In this document: in pieces, positions 58,988 to 64,000 of the stretch
How the letters are laid out: each line of letters begins with the position of its first letter
How positions within the stretch are numbered: the stretch's first letter is position 1
Assembly: GCA_963734635.1 (NCBI GenBank)
Contig: CAVTIA010000012.1
Location: 71,205-135,204 of the forward strand
Length of the DNA: 64,000 nucleotides
Origin: an uncultured Acidobacteriota bacterium
Lineage (GTDB): Bacteria; Acidobacteriota; Vicinamibacteria; Vicinamibacterales; UBA2999
Direction of reading: 5' to 3'
Position numbers and translations under genes: made by a program
Notes under the pieces: model-generated
The model's input: only the letters and a program-made list of their open reading frames with translations
What the model was told of the DNA's origin: nothing
Database searches by the model: none

Positions 58988-60488
58988 TCAGGGAGCGACG
59001 GTGACCGTCACGTTGTTTCCCGTCGTCGCCCCATCTGCATTCGGAACCGTCGTTAGGTCGACATCGGTCAGAAGCAGTGACCCGACGCCCGGCGGAGTCT
59101 GTTGATCGGCGCGCACGCCGCGCGCCCGTGTTTCCGGTTGACGTGGAGTTGGAGACCGACGCCGTCAGGTCACCTTCCGTATCCGACGAACCCTCGGTTT
59201 TCGTCGAAGTTGATGCCATGGCCGTCGTTGCCGGTGCTCAACGCGCGATTGACAGAAGCGACCAGGCTGCCATTCGCATCTTCGCGTATCTGAATCCCGT
59301 CGAAGCTGTTGTTCGACGTTTCCACCCGGCTCAGCGTCGCGTCGAGGTTGCCTTCGCCCTTTTCGCGAATCTTGATTCCGGCATCGCCGTCGACAGGTCC
59401 GTTGTTGCTGGCTTCGGCCCGGGATATCTCCGCAACGAGATCGCCTCCCCCGGCGAAGTCGTCGTCTTCCTCGAGACTCGATGCCCTCTTCGTCGTTCCC
59501 ATTGGCCGACACGAGCAGCATCTTCACGCGCATATCGCCGGCATCGTTCTCGTTGAAGTCGAATCCTTCTTCGTGGTTGTCGTTGGCAGAGCTCGAAACG
59601 ACGCTCACGACGACATCGCCGTTGTTCCATTCGTCGATGTCAAAGCCGTCGTCCAGATCGTCTTCGTCGAACGGGCCATTCGCGCGCAGCTGCGTCAGCA
59701 GCATGTCCACCAGCGCGTCGCCGTCGCCACGCTCGTCCACCTCGATCCCGTCGGCGCCGTTTTCCTCGAACACGGAGAGCCGGACCGTGAGTTTGAGGTC
59801 TGCCGAGACCCCCTTCATTCACGCGCAGCCCATCGTTGTCGGACACACTGACGCCCTCGGTGTTGCCATTGCCGCTGAAGCGGGATCCGAGCACCGTCAC
59901 TTCCACCGTAGCGTCGGATCCGTTCGGGTTGGGTCCCGGCGGAATCGGATCGCCGTCCTCGTCTTCGGGCACGCTCGGATCCAGCTGATCGTTGATGAGC
60001 ACACCGTGACTGCCGTTCCCGGTGATCTCGACGTTCACCAGCGAGATCCGGAGGGTTCCCTTGGCGTCACCGGGGACATAGTAGGCAATCCCCTCCCCAG
60101 GGGCGTTCTTCACGGCGAGGCTCAGAACGGTGAGGTTGCCACCGCCGCCACCCTGGACCGGATCTCCCACCTGGAAGGCAGGACCGCCTGCGTTGGTCCC
60201 ATCGAGCGTGGCGCCATTCCCTTCAATCGTAAGTTCCTGCTTGCCGGTAAAGAACACCGTGCTCTGCAGCGCAATGACGTTGACCGAGCGATGAATGACT
60301 ATGCGGCGGATCGAGGGGCTGCTGTTGGCCTTCGCGATCGCGCGACGGAATGAACCAGGTCCATCGTCATTTGAGTTGACGACGACCTCGACGGTGGCGG
60401 CCTGGCCGGCCGCAGCGCCAATGACCGTCATGAGCACGGCAATAACCAGGGTACGTAGGGCCGGTCTGACCGGCGTGACTTTGAGCAT
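58988..60488 (-). pseudogene. secreted parallel beta-helix repeat protein, at least 4 frameshifts
   Basis: Signal MLKVTPVRPALRTLVIAVLMTVIGAAAG. ..NSNDDGPGSFRRAIAKAN... Repeats ..DGIEVDERGDGD.., ..EGFDFNENDAGD.., ..DGIQIREDANGS.., ..HGINFDENRG.. are spread over three frames. Shifts at 59809-59813 (homopolymer), ~59475, ~59197 and ~59115. Confidence 0.7.
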
Positions 60489-60645
60489 CTGATTTCCTCC
60501 AGGGAGAGAAATGCCTGAGGTGTAGCAATCAGATACTCAGCGGGAACTGCGTCAAAAGAGTAACAGCGGTGTAACTGACGTGAAAATTTCGCTCGCCTGA
60601 CACCTGCAGGAAGCCAGTTAGCTGGCAATTCCTTCTCAGCGAGGC

Positions 60646-61774
60646 CTATCGGAGCTCGCTCGCCAATTGACGTCCCAGGGAATCCATCACGTACTTGTTG
60701 CCTTCAGTATTCCAGTGGCCGTCGGTCTTGCTGATGACGGCATCGCGCGGCGTGCCGGCCACACGAATCGTTGAAAGCCCTTCCATCACCCGGGCGAGCA
60801 CAGCGCGGCGAGCAGCCGATGATAGCCAGTAGCCCTTCCCTTTGACCTCGAACATCGTCGGGGAATCAGGTAGGGGCGGCGATTTTTCTGCAATCAATAT
60901 GAAGAACCTGGTCCCGTTGGCTTCGCACAGATCGCGGATGCGGAGAAGCAGCGCACGCGTCAATGCCGCCGAATATGTGAGACGGGGACTTTCCGGAACA
61001 AGGTACGTGTTGTAGTGCGTCTTCTCCGTATCGAAGTTCTCGTCGTTGAAGTACGGCAGCTCGTCAACCCGAACTCCACGCGCCTCCGCAAGCGTCTTCA
61101 TGAGCGAGACCGCGCCGTTTGACGGAGCCGAGGCGCGGTAGGGCGGCGGAAGACGGCGTTCCCACTCGGCGTCAGTGGGGTAGATGGGGATGCCTCTGAC
61201 GCGTCGCATTGCCTGCGCAAGATAGAGTCCCGGTGGTCGGTACGCTTCGAGCCACGGGAGGTTGGGCCCCTCCAACTTCGTGCCGTCCAACCAGAACGTG
61301 GGCTTGGGAGTCCCATCCTTGGGAAAGTGAGTTGGAAACGTGTTGTTCCAGAGATCGTTGTCTTCCGTAAACCAAAGTACCACTGCTGACGGAAGGACCG
61401 CCTTTATGTGAGCCTGTAGCGCCAACAACTCCTGATCTTGACCCCAGCCACCACTGCCAATGGACACAACGCTGACGGTGGTTCCGCACGAGTTCTGCCA
61501 CGGTGCTTCGCAGCTGACGCTCAGGCATGTCCTCAAAAGCGACCCCGTCGGCCTCGACCTGCGAATCCCCGAGCAAGACCACCCGAACATCGGCGGTGGG
61601 ATCGAAGCGATGACCTCGAAACCCGAACTGGTTCCGTTCCTCCGGCCGACCAGAAGTCCACCCGATGACCGGCGCACCAGGCCGGCCAGTCAATCGCAAC
61701 ACAACTTCCATGAGAAGAAGCATCGCGATCAAGACAACGGTGATAGCGACCGCTCCGATCAGATGTCTGCGCAC
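60646..61774 (-). pseudogene. membrane-anchored SGNH hydrolase paralog, frameshift near 61470-61520
   Basis: TM ..LIGAVAITVVLIAMLLLMEVVL. Block I ..RVVLLGDSQVEA.. is in one frame. ..VSVVSIGSGGWGQDQ.. and ..VVLWFTEDNDLWNN.. are in the next. The start (GTG 61774 or ATG 61870) is uncertain. Confidence 0.65.
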
Positions 61775-61859
61775 GTCCTCCCAGTTCCCCCTTCGTTGCG
61801 CGCCAGGCCCCGGCCGATGGTAGCATTCGCCGTCCCCACAGCCATCTCCGCGTGGAGAG

Positions 61860-63404
61860 ATGATTCCCACCGCCCCGTTTCAGTTCTCTTACGAACTGGC
61901 CCCGTCGTGGCCGCCCCTGGCGTGGGCCGCTCTTTGCGAGAACGGCTCGTCATCGATTCCAGTGATTCATGGTCCGGCGGTTGACCGGGCGGAGAACTGG
62001 TTCTGCGAAGCGGTCTGGGACGGACCATTTTCGGAGGGAAATCTCGATCAGACCGATCTCGTGTTCGGGAGTGGCGCCCGCTGCCGCGACGGCGTGACCT
62101 TCGTATCCTCGGCGGCCACGGTCGACCGGCTGCACGTTTCAGTGCACGGCAATCGCACGTTCGTCTCCAATTCGCTGCCGTGCCTGCTGGCAGTGATCGG
62201 CGCGCGGTTGGACCCCGCGTTTCGCGGATACGCGGACTTGTTCCTGAGTATCACGCGGGGTCTCGACGAAGTGCGGGATCTCCCGCTCGATGACGGGGGC
62301 GCTGTCCAGTTCGCGTACCGCATGAACCTGCTCTGGGACGGCTACAAACTGCATCGTGTACCGAAGTGCGCCGAGCCACGAAACATTTCCCGCTTCCATG
62401 ACTACGTCGCATTTCAGCAGACGGCGCTTCAGCGCATCGGCCAAAACATGGCGAGCCCTCAGCGACAGCGAGCGTACTCGTGGCTGGGCACTATTTCGCG
62501 CGGCTACGACTCGCCGACGTGCGCACTCCTCACTCGAGAAGCAGGACTGCGTCGCGTGATCACGATTGACGAGTCACGCCCGGGCGTTGTCGACGACGGG
62601 TCTGACATCGCGCTCGCACTTGGCTTGACGTGCGTCGTCGTGGGTCGACTCGAGTGGACGCGTCAAGAACCGCTCGAACCGCTGTTCCTCGTGGCGGACG
62701 GACAGGGCAAGGAAATCCTGATTGCAGGAGCAGCGGCTGAACTCCCTCGCGTGGTACTCGTGACAGGACACGGTGGAGATACTGCCTGGTCGCTGGAGGA
62801 CCCGGACCACAAATACGCGAATCCTGGAGCGTTTGCCGGCATGTCGATGGCCGAATATCGGTTACACGTCGGGTTCATTCACCTGCCTTGTCCATTCATC
62901 GGATGGAATCAGATGTCCGATATTGTGAAACTGAGTCGATCAGACGAGATGACAGCCTGGAACATCGGCGGCGCGTACAGCCGGCCGATTTGTCGCCGAC
63001 TACTTGAAGAGGCCGGCGTTCCGAGGGGCAGCTTCGCCGTTTCGAAAACGGGCGCATCGATTCGGTTTCTCCGCGGCGAGGACGCCTGGTCGAAACAGGG
63101 ACGACGCGCATTCCTCGCGTGGCTGCATACGCGCCCGAACGGCTACGCCGTCACGCGGCGACTGCTCATCGAAGCGCGTGTGAACATGCTGGGCTTGGCA
63201 GTCGCCCTGCGACTGCAACGTCGGACGCAGCGGTTCCTGGCGAACGCGTTCCAGCGGATCGCCGGTGCCCTCACGGACCGCATCAGGTCACAAGGGCTCG
63301 ACGATCTGGCGTTTGTCTGGGCCACTCAGGCCGTCCGACGGTCTTACTTGTTGCGCCATCATGACGAAATCCACGAGCAGTCGCCGTGGAGCAACACCTC
63401 CTGA
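61860..63404 (+). CDS. hypothetical 514-aa protein with a degenerate PP-loop-like motif
   Basis: Intact ORF. ..WLGTISRGYDSPTCALL.. resembles the SGGxDS(T)TC PP-loop of QueC/asparagine-synthase-type ATP pyrophosphatases, with the second Gly replaced by Arg. Confidence 0.45.
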   Translation: MIPTAPFQFSYELAPSWPPLAWAALCENGSSSIPVIHGPAVDRAENWFCEAVWDGPFSEGNLDQTDLVFGSGARCRDGVTFVSSAATVDRLHVSVHGNRTFVSNSLPCLLAVIGARLDPAFRGYADLFLSITRGLDEVRDLPLDDGGAVQFAYRMNLLWDGYKLHRVPKCAEPRNISRFHDYVAFQQTALQRIGQNMASPQRQRAYSWLGTISRGYDSPTCALLTREAGLRRVITIDESRPGVVDDGSDIALALGLTCVVVGRLEWTRQEPLEPLFLVADGQGKEILIAGAAAELPRVVLVTGHGGDTAWSLEDPDHKYANPGAFAGMSMAEYRLHVGFIHLPCPFIGWNQMSDIVKLSRSDEMTAWNIGGAYSRPICRRLLEEAGVPRGSFAVSKTGASIRFLRGEDAWSKQGRRAFLAWLHTRPNGYAVTRRLLIEARVNMLGLAVALRLQRRTQRFLANAFQRIAGALTDRIRSQGLDDLAFVWATQAVRRSYLLRHHDEIHEQSPWSNTS

Positions 63405-63625
63405 GAGTCCTTGTGCGAGTTGGCTAGTTTCGCGGCGGTTGTCAAAAGTCTGCTCCCTACAGCACTAACGCGCTGCGATGCGGGACGACCGGCGTGTGGC
63501 ACCTCAAACGGCCGCCAAACCCACACCTCTCCTGTCACCGGCGCAGGCATGTTCCGTGCTACAGCCGTCTCGACCCGATCACGGCTGGGTTTCGGCCAAT
63601 TCCAATCAGCAAACACGTAATCTCG

Positions 63626-64000
63626 ATGAACCGACAACGAATAGCGAGTCGGATTGACCTGCTGACTGTTCCGCTCGAGCCGGATGAGACCGCCGGCTGG
63701 AAGCCGTACTACCAATACGAAGGATCGACCCACAACGCAGACTTCCTGTCGTGTCATGCGTCGGTTCTGATCCCTGGACATTGCCCGCACCCTCCTCATA
63801 GCCATCCCGAAGAAGAGATTCTGCTCATGCTGGCCGGCGAGGCCGAACTCATCCTCCCGAGCCTTCGTTCCGACGACGGAATGCAGCAGCCGTTGCGGCT
63901 GAGACCGGGCCAGTTCGTTTACTACCCGGCGCACTTCCTTCACACGCTGCAGACGGTCAGCACCGAACCGGCGAACTACGTAATGTTCAAGTGGCGCGCT
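63626..64000 (+). CDS. cupin-domain protein (3' end off window)
   Basis: ATG at 63626. Frame 2 is open to the window end (not in the ORF track because no stop is reached). ..HPHPPHSHPEEEILLMLAGEAELIL..GQFVYYPAHFLHTLQTVSTEPANYVMFKW... Confidence 0.65.
   Translation, partial: MNRQRIASRIDLLTVPLEPDETAGWKPYYQYEGSTHNADFLSCHASVLIPGHCPHPPHSHPEEEILLMLAGEAELILPSLRSDDGMQQPLRLRPGQFVYYPAHFLHTLQTVSTEPANYVMFKWRA

Noticed and set aside
63359-63943. 194-aa minus-strand ORF at the right end
   Set aside because: It overlaps the plus-strand cupin gene, whose ..HSHPEEE..G..YYPA..H.. pattern is recognisable and whose frame stays open to the window edge.

Overview
High-GC bacterial chromosomal window. The gene content suggests a soil Acidobacteriota-like genome, which is inference only: ECF sigma/Ser-Thr kinase pairs, PD40-propeller kinases, reaction-centre-type cytochrome c, LVIVD and DUF5916 proteins. 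There are about 50 protein-coding genes, 4 tRNAs (His-GTG, Arg-TCG, Arg-CCG, Lys-CTT), and no rRNA or CRISPR. Core blocks: an amino-acid permease; a sigma/anti-sigma operon; two amidohydrolases; a GlgE-pathway alpha-glucan operon (glgX-glgE-treS/pep2); ku; a TonB-dependent receptor; a GAF histidine kinase; a hydroxylase-GH3-enolase-superfamily operon; a four-gene periplasmic cluster with a cytochrome c; a DAACS transporter; and a blaI/blaR1-like pair. Main observations: (1) A REP-like family of GC-rich hairpins flanked by GTAG. A 2 x 33-nt tandem copy sits in frame inside glgE, and a matching dimer sits in an intergenic region 34 kb away. (2) At least 10 genes are broken by frameshifts or internal deletions (about 20 lesions), while about 33 kb of other long ORFs are intact. 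Several lesions lie in homopolymer runs, so sequencing error must be excluded. (3) A degraded integrase lies next to tRNA-Lys, and a patch of gene fragments lies about 4 kb further downstream. (4) A duplicated module of leader hairpin plus HExxH protein sits beside an ECF sigma gene whose kinase partner is shattered. (5) A 121-nt AT-rich palindromic spacer separates two tRNA-Arg genes. All product calls rest on motifs read from the supplied translations. No database search was run.
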